DNA from: Spirogloea muscicola | Taxonomy: Eukaryota | Assembly: GCA_009602725.1 (NCBI GenBank) | Contig: WELB01000004.1 | Location: 885,938 to 937,950 of the forward strand | Direction of reading: 5' to 3' | DNA: 52,013 bases | Shown here: in pieces, positions 13,716 to 26,293 of the stretch | How positions within the stretch are numbered: position 1 is the stretch's first letter | Layout: each line of letters begins with the position of its first letter | Notes under the pieces: model-generated | Told to the model about the DNA's origin: nothing | The model's database searches: none | The model's input: the letters and a program-made list of their open reading frames with translations, nothing else | Made by a program: the position numbers and the translations under genes

Positions 13716-14323
13716 AGAGACAGGCGGAGTTGCAGTGGACCCTCCATCAGCATGTGGCAGATCAGATTTTGGAAATCCACTGCCTCTGCCTGCCTATAAC
13801 CCTGCGCTCCTTCCTGCTCCATCCCACAATTCCATTGCCATCTCTGCTGCTTTTGCTTGCCCACTTGGAGCACATTCATTTGTAAATTGAGGATCAAGGC
13901 AGGAAGCAGCATCATTGCGCCTGCTTGCAAGTCCTCCTTAGCCCGCCCTGTTCAACTCGTAACTTGTACAGACTTCTTCTGTGGCCGCTACATGCAGCCA
14001 GCCTTAGGAATGTGCACGCCCGTATGTACAGACACGTGGCTGCTCCCTTCAAGATGTAGGGATCATATGCAGCCACTGCAAAGAGATTGCTGCATGGCCA
14101 GGCCATGCACTTGATAAGTAACAATAATATCATTGTGGGCCGCTTGCTATGCTGCAGCTGTCAGATGCAGCTTAAGCACCACAGCAGGCAACAAGCACGA
14201 CCAAGGTTTAGTCTAGACCCGCACCAGAACTGAACTTGCAAAATTGGGCCCAGGACAAGTTGGCTGACAATCTGGACGTGAAGCTATGTAACATCAGGTA
14301 AGCACTACTTTGGAAATGATACA

Positions 14324-16167
14324 TCAAGAGGTGTACTTCACGCCATCTCCTTGGACAATTCGGCCTATCTCAAACGCCGAGCCCGACTCCAGCAATGTGT
14401 CGAGGGCCGGATTGGCTGCCCCGGCGCCGACCACCAGAACCATGCCTACGCCCATGTTGAATGTGCGGAACATCTCGGCCTCGTCAACGCCGCCGACCTG
14501 TGGTGCAGCACTGCTGTGTTGTTAGACCTGCACAGTCACTTAGAGTGCAATGCCGCCAAGAGAAATATTGTTTATTCAGGCACTGGCTCCACAAACCTCC
14601 TGCAGCCACCGGAAGATGGCCGGCACGTGCCATGAGCCCATCCGGACAGCAGCGGCCAGGCCGCTCGGCAGAACGCGTGGTATGTTGTCCGTGAAGCCGC
14701 CGCCGGTAATGTGAGCGATGGCATGCACGCCACCCTGGGCAACGAGGTCCAGCACCTGCGCAGTTATCATTGCGGCCGCCGAAACAACAAGTCAGGTGGA
14801 GTTGTTGCCATGAGCTTAAGCAACAAACCAGTCAGCAGACGCTGATGCCGGCTGACAAACCTGGCGTACGTAGATGACTGTCGGCGCCAGCAGCGCCTCT
14901 CCAATTGTGATGCTGCCATTGCAGCCCGGCAGCACCATGTCCAGTGCCGTCCCCGTTCTTTCCAGGATCCTGCGGGATTTCCACCCCACACCGCTGCATT
15001 CATTGCAATGCTCTGACTGGGAGCATGGTTGGTCTAAGACAGACTTAAGATGGCACCCCACTTACTGGTATTGCCAGCGCATGAACCGCAGTATACTCAC
15101 TTGCGCACAAGGGAGAAGCCATTGGAGTGGACGCCGCTACTGGGAAGCGCGATGAGGCGGTCACCTTCCGCCACGCTGCGGCCGTCAATCACAGCATCCT
15201 GCTTGACTGCGCCGACTGCAAAGCCGCTGAGGTCGTACTCCCCTTCCGCATAAAAGCCTGGCATCTCTGCTGTCTGCCCAGCCAGTAGCACGCGCGTACG
15301 CTAAGTCATTGGCTGCTCACTCTTGACCACAAATTCCGGGGCTCGCAGCATGCTAGTATGCATTCAGGACACAGCAACAAGCAGCTCGGTTGCTCCAGGC
15401 AAGGCGGCAGGCAGCGACCCAACGGCAGCTTTCAAAATTTACAAGTACCGCAGGCAAGCCAGACATAACCTGGCATCCAACCTGAGCACCCAATTGGTGT
15501 ATACATGGGAGTGCGAGAGACAAGCGCTAAACTTGCAAAACCCTGATTAAAAAATGGTCAAATCTAGTCCAGTGTCCTTGTTAGTGTACCTGTACCTGTG
15601 AAGCCTTGACCACAAACGTGACCTCAACAGCGGCACTGCCCTTGACCACTGGGCCCCGAGAAGCGTGCCAACAGAGGGGGCCCCACCTCGCCACCCAGGA
15701 GCACGCAGCCCGCCTGCTCGCAGCCGTCGACGATGCCGTGCACGACGGCCTCGGCGACATCCACGTCCAGCCGCCCGGTCGCATAGTAGTCAAGGAAGAA
15801 GAGCGGCGCGGCGCCGGACGTGACGATGTCGTTCACGCTCATTGCCACCTGTGCCGCTACGGTGCCGGTCCAGTCGCCGCACGGTCTGCGATCAGGGGCC
15901 GCGCGCTTGGGCATGCAGCGCTCCACAGCGTGCAGAAGCACTGTGGAGGCAGTGCCTTCCGGTCCAGCAAGTGAATTATGGCGCCAGCGGAGAAGCGAGG
16001 GCAAACAATGGCGGCAGCGGCGGCGCTCACGAGGTCGATGCCGATGGTGTCGTGGCGGCCCATCTCGAAGGCGAGCCTGAGCTTGGTGCCGACGCCGTCC
16101 GTGCCGGCCACAAGGTAAGAGTCGCCTGCGAGCAAGCGCGCCGGACCAAGGCGCGACCCGTCAGAGC

Positions 16168-16205
<38 letters not shown>

Positions 16206-16368
16206 GCCACCGCCAGAGGGAGGTCCAGGGTTTGGGGTTTGGGGACGGCCAGCCAGCACCGAAGGGGAAGAGGCCGCCGAAGCCGCCAATGCCGGGGGCC
16301 ATGCGGGCGATGCGGCGCACGAGCTCGGCGCCGGCGTCAATGTCCACGCCGGCGTCCCTGTAGGTCAG

Positions 16369-16403
<35 letters not shown>

Positions 16404-16411
16404 GTCGCGAG
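14324..16411 (-). CDS. purM: Phosphoribosylformylglycinamidine cyclo-ligase (AIR synthase, PurM/PUR5); 5' end unresolved
   Basis: Exons encode [84 protein letters not shown] and [13 protein letters not shown]. Stop TGA at 14326-14324. No in-frame ATG is visible upstream. Confidence 0.95.
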
Positions 16412-16454
16412 CCTGCAGGGTGGCGTTGCTTGCCTTGGGCAAGCTGTGGCTGTG

Positions 16455-16645
16455 GAAGAAAGCGGCTGCTGATATGAAAGAATCGGCTGTGAAATGCCAG
16501 CCAGATGCATACAGGTGTTCCTGACGGAGCCAAAGGCTAGGCAGACAGGGCGCCCTCAAAAGGCTGTGAAGCGAAGAAAGCGGCTGCTGATGTCAAAAAA
16601 GCGGCTGTGAAAGCCAGCTCGGTGCCTACAGAGGGTGTTCATGTG
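16455..16645. repeat. Tandem pair of a ~75-bp dispersed repeat also present at ~8260-8335
   Basis: GCGGCTGCTGAT..AAAGAATCGGCTGTGAA..GCCAGCCAGATGCATACAGGTGTTC occurs at ~8265 and ~16461, with a diverged copy at ~16580. Confidence 0.8.
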
Positions 16646-16787
16646 GCTGAGGGGGAGCTAGTGGCTTTGTTGATTCTTTTTTCTGGGCTGGCCACCTCCC
16701 AGCCACCGCCCTCTCTTCAACGAATGCGCCTCTCATGGTAGCGTCTTTCTTCGGCTGTGAGGGCGAAGACTCTTCCAGTAGAGGCCG

Positions 16788-19030
16788 ATGGCTGNGCCGC
16801 CGCGGCGGGCGGCCGCGGCGGCGAGGGCGTCGACGGCGGCGGCCGGCGGAGGCCTGCCGGACCTGTCGGTGACCGTCGACGGGCTGCGGCTCCCCAACCC
16901 GTTCGTGATCGCGTCGGGCCCGCCCGGCACCAACTACGTCGTCATGAAGCGCGCCTTCGATGAGGGCTGGGGCGCCGTCATCTGCAAGACGGCAAGCACC
17001 CCTTCCGTCATTGCCACTGCCACCGCCGCTGCCGCCGCCGCCGCCGAGGCCCTCGCCGCCTGCACCGCCAGCGAGGCGTTCTGGCCTTCGCAGAATCTGA
17101 TGTTTCCTTTCCTCCGCGCCGCAGCTGTCGCTGGACTCGGCCAAGGTGGTGAACGTGACGCCCCGGTACGCGCGGCTCAAGGCCGGCGGGAGCCCCGGCG
17201 ATGCCAAGGGCGGTCGCGGCGAGGTGATCGGCTGGCAGAATATCGAGCTCATCAGCGACCGGCCGCTGGAGACGATGCTGGACGAGCTGGCGCGCCTCAA
17301 GGCCGAGTACCCCGACCGCATCCTCATCGCCAGCATCATGGAGGAGTACGACCGCACGGCGTGGGAGGAGATCATCGAGCGCGTCGAGGCCACCGGCGTG
17401 GTCAGCCCTCGCCCTTGCTCCAAGGCTCGCGCTCTGAAACATTACTGCTGCGCTTGACTCAAATATGGCGTGCTTGCAAGTAGGCTTCGTATGCCTCCCT
17501 TAAGTATTGGCACAGATTATACAGCGAAATAGACACTCTCAAGCTTGAGAGTGTCCATATTACCACCGCACAATGGGCAGCATATTGCTACTACTGAGCT
17601 TCTCGTGACTTGTTCTCCTAGTCCCTGGCACATCTTGCACCAACGGCAGCTGCCACCCGGGCAGCCGCTGGTGATAGTGTTCACAAGCCTCACCCCCGCC
17701 GGCCAGCCGCGTCGGCTCCTGGTGCTGCAGGACGCTCTGGAGATCAACTTCTCGTGCCCGCACGGCATGCCCGAGCGCAAGATGGGGGCAGCCATGGGCC
17801 AGGACTGCAGCCTGCTTGCGGAGGTCTGCGGCTGGATCAACGCCAAGGCCACCGTGCCAGTGTGGGCCAAGATGACGCCCAACATCACCGACATCACGCA
17901 GGTCGGCCCTGGCATGCTCCAGCATGGATTGCTGAAGCTGGCCGGATGCCGCTTGCTGGTGAGGTCGTTGCAAGGTCTGCTCTGACGCTGGCATTGCCTG
18001 CATTGGCCACCATGGTACAGCCAGCGCGCACAGCACTTGCTGCAGGCTGCGAGGGCGTGTCAGCCATCAACACGATCACAAGCGTCATGGGCATTAACCT
18101 TGACACACTCCGGCCCGAGCCGTGTGTGGAAGGGTGAATTAGCCTGGCCCCGATGGCACGTTGTCATTGCGTTCCATGCAACGCATGCATATGCTGCTGG
18201 AGTTGCCTTGTGGGATTTCCAAGATCGTGCATATAAAGTCAATCTGGCAAACTTGCAGGTACACGACGCCTGGCGGCTACTCCAGCAAGGCGGTGCGGCC
18301 CATTGCACTTGCCAAAGTCATGGCAATATCGCAGATGGTGGCAAAGGAGTTCCCTGCTGCATCCGTGTCCGGCATAGGGGGCATTGAGGACGGTGGAAAT
18401 GCAGCCGAGTATCTCCTCCTTGGGGCCTCCACTGTGCAGGTGCTGCTGATCTGCAAGCCCACTTCAGTGTCTGTGCAGAAAGTTGGATGCATGATCATTG
18501 GCACGGACATGGCAATATTGTGGCCATTTATGCCCCTGGTGAGCTCGTGATGGTGACACAGTCCTTGATGTCTGCTTGTAGGTACGTAGCTTGCCGCTGA
18601 TACCTTACAGTCATGCACGTGCAGGTGTGCACGGGTGTGATGATGCACGGGTACGGCCTGGTCAGCAAGCTGTGCGAAGAGCTGCAAGAGTTCATGCGCC
18701 GCCACGACTTCACCTCCATCGAGGATTTCCGAGGGTATGTGCGCTGCCCCCTCTGTGATCAGCTCTGCAAATCCATCCAACATCTCCTAGGCGCTGCTTG
18801 CTAGCTGGTGCGTGTTGTTAGAGCTGCTCCAACAGCGTGGCCATTGTAATGAGCACTGGAATGCGTCGAGCAGGGCATCGCTGCCGTACTTCACGACACA
18901 CCACGAGCTGGTGCGAATGCAGCGAGAGGCGCAGGAGAAGAGGCGCAGTGCTCGGCGTGGCCTGGCATCTGACAAGGAGTGGACTGGTGATGGCTTCGTG
19001 CGCGAGACCGAGACCATGGTCTCGAACTAG
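16788..19030 (+). CDS. PYD1: Dihydropyrimidine dehydrogenase (NADP+), plant PYD1 type, 7 exons
   Basis: Exons 16788-16991 (GC donor), 17125-17400, 17731-17901, 18021-18133, 18259-18439, 18625-18734 and 18874-19030. Motifs: LPNPFVIASGPPGTNY, IGWQNIELISDRPLETML, EINFSCPHGMPERKMGAA, WAKMTPNITDI, YTTPGGYS and GFVRETETMVSN. The N at 16795 makes the start uncertain. Confidence 0.95.
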
Positions 19031-19506
19031 TCACTCCTGCCATCAGTACCGGTTCTCGTACCTCAGGACGTGATTTCTTACCTCGCCACCTGCGAGCCTT
19101 GACAACTACGAGCCTAGTGAAGCCGACACTGCGCAGACCTGCAGATGCTGCTGCTTGTTGACCTCGGTCACTGACGTGCAAGTGTATAGGCAATGACACT
19201 TGCGCTTACATTTAAGGCCGAATATTCAGGACGGCCACGCACCCATCCCGCTGCTGGCACCTCAATTGTGCAGCCACTGATGCTGCACTCGTAGCTGTAT
19301 AGTTGTGCAGTCCCAAGCTTGACTACCGACAATGCTGTATTTTACTTTGCAATCCATGCGCACCCTGAGGCTGCTCAGAAGTGCAGTAGTTTAGCCCTGA
19401 CCCTACTGCACGAGGCCATGTAACTTGCACCAAGCAAGTCAACCTCCATTGCCAGCAGTGTCAGGCTTCAAGGGAAGCAGATGGCAACGATGTGATACTG
19501 CTGCAG

Positions 19507-20303
19507 ATGCTCCAGGAGGACGACCTGGGGGTGGAACGGCCGTAGCGGCCGCCGGATGGTCTGCCGCCACGCCCCGCCAAGCAACGAAGTCAAGTCAAAG
19601 TCACGGAGCACTTGGCTCGAGAAAGTTCTGTCAGCCTGTCATGCATGCGCCGTGACTGCTCCACTGCATTCCGAGGTAATTGTCGCAGAGGCAAACAGGC
19701 TAGCGCAGCCGTCGGCAAGTTGGCATGCCAAAGGGACGAGGCCTGGCGGCGCTCACTCCAGTGTAGTTGAACTCGGCGAGGACGACTTTCGCCGGTGCGT
19801 ACATGTCGAGCGCCTGGATGTCCACCAACTCCAGCAGATGCGACTTGAACGGCGTCAGAGCCAGCTCGTTGATCAGGCGCCGCAGGCCGGAGCAGCTGCG
19901 CACGGCCGCGACGCCACCCACCACCATGCGCTTGTGGGCCTCAAGTCGATCCAGTTGTTGCTTCAACTCGAAGAAGTTTCCGATAATGGGCATCTAACTT
20001 TAACGGCACAGAGCTCGAACCTGGATGGCTGGCCATCGCTGAGTTCCCCTGCGGCCATGCCGCCGCTGCTGCCGGGAACGGCACGGACCTGTCGCCCTGG
20101 AGGCGGTCAGTGGACACGTCGACGAGGACCTGGCCGTCGGGGAGGAGGTACTGGAGCTCGGCGCCCAGGGCCTGCAGCTCCGGCGCGTCCCAGTCGCCGC
20201 CGTAGAGCGCAGCGCACGCGGCTGCCCCGTCGCCCAGCTTGGCGAAGCCAAACGCCGTGCGCACGGCGCCCAGGACCTCGCGCTCCGCACGCCGCGCCGC
20301 CAT
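19507..20303 (-). CDS. Hypothetical protein, multi-exon, family not recognised; 3' end uncertain
   Basis: ATG at 20303 opens a strongly GC3-biased exon (MAARRAEREVLGAVRTAFGFAKLG...LQYLLPDGQVLVDVSTDRLQGD|GT donor). Further coding-like exons follow (LRRLINELALTPFKSHLLELVDIQALDMYAPAKVVLAEFNYTG; ADRTFSSQVLRDFDLTSLLGGAW) with plausible GT-AG sites. Confidence 0.6.
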
Positions 20304-20637
20304 CGCGGCGCCCCCGTCGCCCTCCGCGGNGCCGCCTCCGCGGGCGGCACGAGGCCGCCATCCTGTCCGGCCGCATTGCCCGCGGGAGCGGCGCCGGCGG
20401 CGCCGGCGGCGCAGATCGCGGCGGACGCCAGCCGCTCCACTGCCGCAAGTACGCACAGCTGAAGATCCGTCTGGCCGCGCTCGCGCCTCCTGGCCAGCGC
20501 TCCTTAAAGAATACAGTCCAGACAAGGATTGTCACTGTCTGGTTGCGGAAGGCTTGGCGCTGCTTGGCATCCCATGCGCTCCTGGCAAAAAAATGTGGCC
20601 CGGCGACGGAATCTTGCCCCAGGTTGATGGGATGGCT

Positions 20638-20790
20638 CAGCATGGCTTGGCACCGCGTGCGCTCCTGGCAAGGCTTGGCACGGCGGGGCACGGCATGCGC
20701 TGGAAAGGCCTCGCATGGCTCGACATGGCCTGGAACGGCAGCGGGCTAGCCAGGGAAAGGCATGGCATGGCATGGCATGGCACGGCGCGA
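20638..20790. repeat. Degenerate pentamer satellite (GGCAT/GGCTT/GGCAC)n
   Basis: A pure GGCAT run lies at ~20759-20778, with degenerate GGCWY units upstream. Confidence 0.7.
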
Positions 20791-21110
20791 GGGCTGGAGG
20801 AGGGGCCCTTGTCTCCCAGACCCTGAGGCCAAAGCCTGACCTCGAGATGCTAGCTGATTCTTTAACCCCCAACCCACCTTAAACCCTGACTACTGAATCC
20901 CTAGAGCTGCCAGGGCAACTCCGAAGCCTGACCCCAGCTGAGCCCCAGCTGCGCAGCCGGCACCGGTGCACGGCGACTGCTCATCGAGCCACTTCCTGGA
21001 CCTTTGACAGCGTGACGCATGCTTGGGTGCTCTCGGCGTCGAGGCTTCAGCATGAAGCTCTAGGGTTTCAAAGTTTAGGCCCGCCTGCAGGAGGCAGGGT
21101 TTGGGCGGTC

Positions 21111-24100
21111 ATGCTGGCCGCAGGCTCTGCCGCCGGGGGCCTCCTGCGGCGCACCGCCCGCGGCGTCACGGCAACGAGCGCCAGAGCCGCAGCGGCGTCT
21201 GTGCAGCGGACGTCCGACCCCCAGTGCGACGAGACCAACGGCTCTAGCCTCCCTTTGGCGAGCCAAGATTCGGTGGTGGGGACGGCAGGTTTAGTGGGAA
21301 AAGAGGAGCCGGTGCAGCCTGCGCAGCAGTCCATTGGCTTACTGCAGCTGCCGGACGGCCTCCAGGCCGCCATCGCCGCCTTCATCGCCCGCAGCCCACG
21401 CCGCCAGGTGCGGCAGGACGCGGCGCGGCTCTCGGGCGCCCTGCGGCAGCGCGCGCGGCTGTCAGCCCACCGCGCACCCCGTGGCCCAGCGGCGACGGCA
21501 ATGTGGGCGGCGGCGACGGCGGAGGAAGAGGAGGGGCGGAGCTGGGAGCACCTTGCCGCCGCTGCAGACGAGCGGCGGCTGGGCGTGGTGCCCAATGCCG
21601 ACGTGGGCGCAGCACCCCATGTGCCCCGCTACCGGGAGCCGGAGGTGGCGGCCTACATAGCCGCCCGCATGCCCGCCACCTACGCCGCGCTGCACCGGGT
21701 TATGCGTGAGGTCTGTCTGTCACGTAGCTCGACGACCTTGCCTTCGCACTGCCGACGTTGTCTAACCGTGCCCTTTTGCTGATGTTCAAAGGCATCCCAG
21801 CTGAAATTTTAAGTTGCTGACTACCTAGTGCTGTCAATAAAGTGTTGCCGCAGGTTGCGCTGCGGCTGCCAGCCTTCTCGCCATCGTCAATGGTCGACTT
21901 TGGAAGCGGCCCTGGCACCGCTATCTGGTGGGCTTGCGCGCCCGTCAGTGCCCGGCAGCACACCGGCTCTGCCCAGCGCCTGTGTTGCTCACGGCAGGCT
22001 GATGTTTGCCGCCACTACAGCCTGTTGCTTGAGTGGTTGCTGGCAGGGCGGCCATGCAGGCATGGCCGGGGCAGCTTCGGCGTGTGGCCATTGTGGAGAG
22101 TTCAGCACCCATGTCGCAGGCGAATGCCACTCTCCTCCAAGGTTCTACACGCCCCAGAGATGCTTCGCACATCTAAGCCTTCACCTCTATATGTCTCTGC
22201 CACTTTGACAGTTACCGGCTACATCACTGTGGGACTGACTTATAGCCTGGTCGAGCTGGCTGCAACTTTTGTTGACACGATACGGCGGGTCTGCTGCTAC
22301 AAAGGGGCCAGCGGGGCACCACCGCAGCTGCGCTACTTCTTGCATGTCGACACGCTCTCCCGCAAGCTCCGCGGCGAAGATCGACAAGTTGACGCAGTTG
22401 TTGCAGTGAGCAGCCGCCCTGCCAAACTGGCTCGTATATTGGTGGGCAAGCACTTTATGGTCTGGTTCTGAACGGCATGTGTGCTCCTCGGTGGCACTTC
22501 CGTGAGGCTGGTATAGGCATATGCGCTCAGCGAGCTGCCGAGCACCGAGGCGCGGGAGTCGATGGTCCGCCGCCTGTGGAGCCGGCACACCAAGCAGCTC
22601 CTGGCATGATCCTGGACCTTGAGATTCTCAAGTCTCTTGTGATACTGATCTGCAGTCTAAAGAGCACACTAGTTGCTCCCACCCCAGCCGTCTTGCATGA
22701 GGTGCAGGATAGGCTGGCCCCTTCATTGCTGCACAATGATGCCAAGGGCCTCAAGCTGTTGGAGTGCTCTGGGCTGCTCATGGGCCAGATCATTGTTGAG
22801 AGCGGCAACCCCTTTGGCTCGACCGTCGTGCGAGAGGCACGAGAGCATGTCCTGCGGCTGGAGCGGAAGGTAATCTGGCACCTTGGCAAGGAGTTGGAAG
22901 CGGAGATTTTAGAATAGCTAAGATGGTGCTTGACTTTTTGGGCTCTCGCATGACTTTCAGCAACCTGCTTGCTAGAAATTTGCTCGTCAGATTATTTTGG
23001 GCACTCATCATCATCCATGTCTTGCTGAGTGGAGAGGTTCACACTGCTGGATGTGCAGGCCACCTGGCAAGCTCCGGCGCAGCAGCTGCATGGGCGTGGC
23101 AAGACTGATGGACAGCATGGGACACAGGACGTGCGGCAGGAGGGTGCCCATGTTGTTGCTCCGGTACGACTGAACCCTTCACCTGCACGCCATTCTTGTG
23201 CAGTGGTCGGATTTCGCCACTAAGTCTTGCTGGGGGGTCAGCATGGCTTCCGCAGTGTGCCCACGATGGGTCGTGCCCAATGGACAGGACGGCAAGCTGG
23301 TGCTACTTCCGCCAAAGGCTGCTGCGTACACCAGCGCAGAAGATGGCCAAGGTTGGCTGCTGGCTGGACATTTGACAGGCTGTAATTTGGCAGTACACAA
23401 AGTGCTTGGGACTGCTGAACAGATACAGGATCGCTTAGATTAGCAAGGTTCTTCGGCCCTACCCTACATACATTGTGGTAAACTGTTGGCTCCCATTTTC
23501 ATATCGCGACCTATGGATGCATTAGTCTGAGTTAGGAGCTCATCCTGGAGACCATGGGGGCTCTGCAGAGGGGCCTGGAGTCGAGCCCTCAGGCACACTA
23601 AGACGAAAACTTTTCCTTTGTGGTCATCAGGCGCGGCGTGCGTCCACAGTGAGGATCTCGACCTTAATCTCGAGTTGCAGAGTGTCTGCACTCTGTACCT
23701 GATTTCCTCATCCATAATCACCAACCCTCGTTATCCTGATGGTTGCGCCGTTGAGCTCTATGTCTCACTAAGCTGCCGAAGGGCGACCTGCAACATGGCC
23801 ACTAAAGAGAGCCTAATGTGGGATGCTGCTGCTGGCCGGTGACTTGAGCCTTGCAATTAGTAAGCAGGTCGGCCGGGCCGTACGAGGTGAATCCTGAAGA
23901 TGAGCCTGCAGCATTGAGCCTCGCTGGCGTCCCTTTGCCAAAAGGACGATCGCTGCCAGTCCCAGGTATTGTAGCCACAGCAGCTGTCATCAGCAGTCTG
24001 GCGCCTCAGCGGATGTCAGAGCCTTTGTTGTATCTCTTCCAACGCTGCTGTTGTGTTGCAGAAGTGGAGATGCCACTCGAGGAGCCTGAATCAGAGAGTG

Positions 24101-24519
24101 GAGAGGCCCACGAACATGCCGCCGTTGAGGTTGCAGCCAGTACTGACGCCAATGGGCAGGTGATTGTGACTTCAAGTGAGCAAGTTGAGGATGAGGAGGA
24201 GGATGAGGGAGGTGAGGAGGAAGGTGGGGGCCACAGAGCACGGGACTTGCATGCGGCCGTGAGCACAGGGTGGGCACGCGTGGTGCGGCCGCCGCTGCGG
24301 CGCGGCGGGCACGTCATCCTGGACGTGTGCGCGGCGGCCGACGCCGGCGGGCGCAGCGGCGCGCTCGTGCGCAGCATCGTGTCTCGCGGGCGGGGCGGCA
24401 GTGCTCGATACCGGCGCGCCCGGCACACACGGTGGGGTGACCTCTGGCCACTTGCTGTGTGGCTGGACGACGGTCCGCGGTCTGCCGCACCTCCCAAGCC
24501 TGCCTCGACCACCTCCTAG
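21111..24519 (+). pseudogene. RSM22: RSM22/METTL17-family mitoribosome small-subunit assembly methyltransferase-like gene with an apparent premature stop
   Basis: Motifs include AYIAARMPATY, SMVDFGSGPGT, AYALSEL, IIVESGNPFG, HVVAP|CAHDGSCPM..WCYFRQR, DENFSFVVIRRG, GWARVVRPPLRRGGHVILDVC and RRARHTRWGDLWP. An in-frame TAA lies at 23599-23601. The family is confident; pseudogene versus base error is unresolved. Confidence 0.7.
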
Positions 24520-25070
24520 TCATCGTACTTGGGCACTCAGGCACTCCATCACTCAATACTCACTCCATTTTCCTAGTCGTGTTGGGGTGCTTGGGCCACA
24601 TGGGCAGCCCAGTGCATGGTCCATGCCGCTCGTCAACGTCGGAGGAAAGACTCTCAAAGGGCGATGGCTGTAAAAGGCCAGCCCAAGTGGGTGGACAAGG
24701 TCCGGAGGGGTCGACATTCGCAACGCATGCCGACACGCGCGCGGCTGCCACAGGGGTTGCTCAATACGTCCTAGTCAACTGCAGCAAGTCGGAGTGACTA
24801 GCAGCACGGGAAGAAGAAAGACTCTGCCAGCACGGGAGAGTCAGCACCTCGAGATCCAGAGGCGGCGGCCAGGACATAGCCTATACGCAAAGCATCCGGG
24901 GTCAAGTCCACAGAGGCCCGGGGGAACCCGCAGAGGGTTTAGGTTTCAGGACCAGACGACTTTTAGGGGTTGCTGGGGTTTATGGATGCAGGGGTTTAAG
25001 ACCCGAGCTCCGTGCCCTGCAGCCCAGCGGCAGCGGGCGCGCGCAGCGTAGGCGAGCGGCGGGGGCGCCN

Positions 25071-25790
25071 GGCCAGCGCGCGCCGAGCACCGCGACACGC
25101 GTATCCACTGGTCCGACCCGGACGAGGGCTGGATCGGCGGCCCTGCCGCCGGGCGCGCCGCCGAGTCCGCGCCGCCCGGCACCGCCCTCCCGGTGCTGGG
25201 CGCCGACCTCGTCCCGCTGCTCCTGCAGGCCGAGGACAGCCACTACCTGTGCGTTTGCCAGCGCCACCGCCGCCGCCACCGCCGCCGCCACCGCCGCCGC
25301 TGCCGCCGCCGCTTCTGCTGCTGCCTGATTGACGTAATGACAGCAGCTGCTGCTGCGGCGGCGCAGGTACCTGGGCGTGCCGCCGACCGCGGGCGTGGAC
25401 GAGATCAAGGCGGCCTTCCGGCGGCTGTCCAAGCAGTACCACCCGGACGCGACGGCGCTGCCGCTGGAAGTGGCGGCCGCCAAGTTCGTGCGCCTCAAGG
25501 AGGCCCACAGCGTGCTCACGTCGCCCGAGCGCCGCCGCCTGTACGACTGGCAGACTGCCCAGGAGGCCTCGCGGCGGCAGGCCACGGCGAGGAGGCCGCC
25601 GCCGCGGCCCGCGTACTACCAGCAGGAGGGGTCGCCGGACCAGCGCGCGGACGAGCTCGGCCGCCACAACATGCCCCTCAGCAACCAGGCTCAAGCTGCG
25701 CTGGCCTTTGACGTCTTTGCGCTACTTGTGTCACTTGCTGCCATTGCTTTTGCCGTGCTTGTCAAGGGCCACGGTGCCACCACACCCTGA
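25071..25790 (+). CDS. ndhT: Chloroplast NDH complex subunit T (J-domain protein CRRJ); 5' end missing at an N
   Basis: Exon to 25248 (DTRIHWSDPDEGWIGG...DSHYL) plus 25367-25790 (YLGV..IKAAFRRLSKQYHPD..YDW..NMPLSNQAQAALAFD and a C-terminal hydrophobic helix) match the recalled NdhT pattern. Confidence 0.88.
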
Positions 25791-26293
25791 TCATCCTCCT
25801 ACCCTTCCCTCCAACCTCAACACCTCCCCACGTTTCTGATTGCTAAGAATAACACGCGCCTTTGAGGTGCCAAGCGCTGCTTGCCCAGCCAGTGCCATTG
25901 TGCTGCTTGGACTGCATGCAGCGAAATAGGTTAAAGGTCAATGCTGGTCACTCCGGCATGGTGCTTCTGGCCAGAATGGCTAAGAACAAAAGTAGCAGTC
26001 GCTTGACTGTATCTGCCTGGGAGTCGCAAGTCAAATTTTTTTTTTGTGTACTCGAAACAAACGAAGGCCAAGATGGCCATGTACGAAGGCAAGCACATCC
26101 AATCACGTACATAATCGCATAAGGGAGGAATGACAATTTCCCACCTGGCGAGAAAGTAAGGCAGACTGCAAGCTGGCCATCTAGCTTGCACCCTCAGTGC
26201 GTACAGCGCGGCACATTGCCGGCAGAATCGTTGACCTCTGACATACATCGAAGAGCTTATTGACATAGTAGCCATGGCACATAAGTGTGCCGC

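Noticed and set aside
13228..13890. WH2/VCA module that would make the CRIB gene a full WASP
   Set aside because: No WH2 consensus or terminal acidic-Trp motif was found; there is only a short acidic and poly-Pro stretch.
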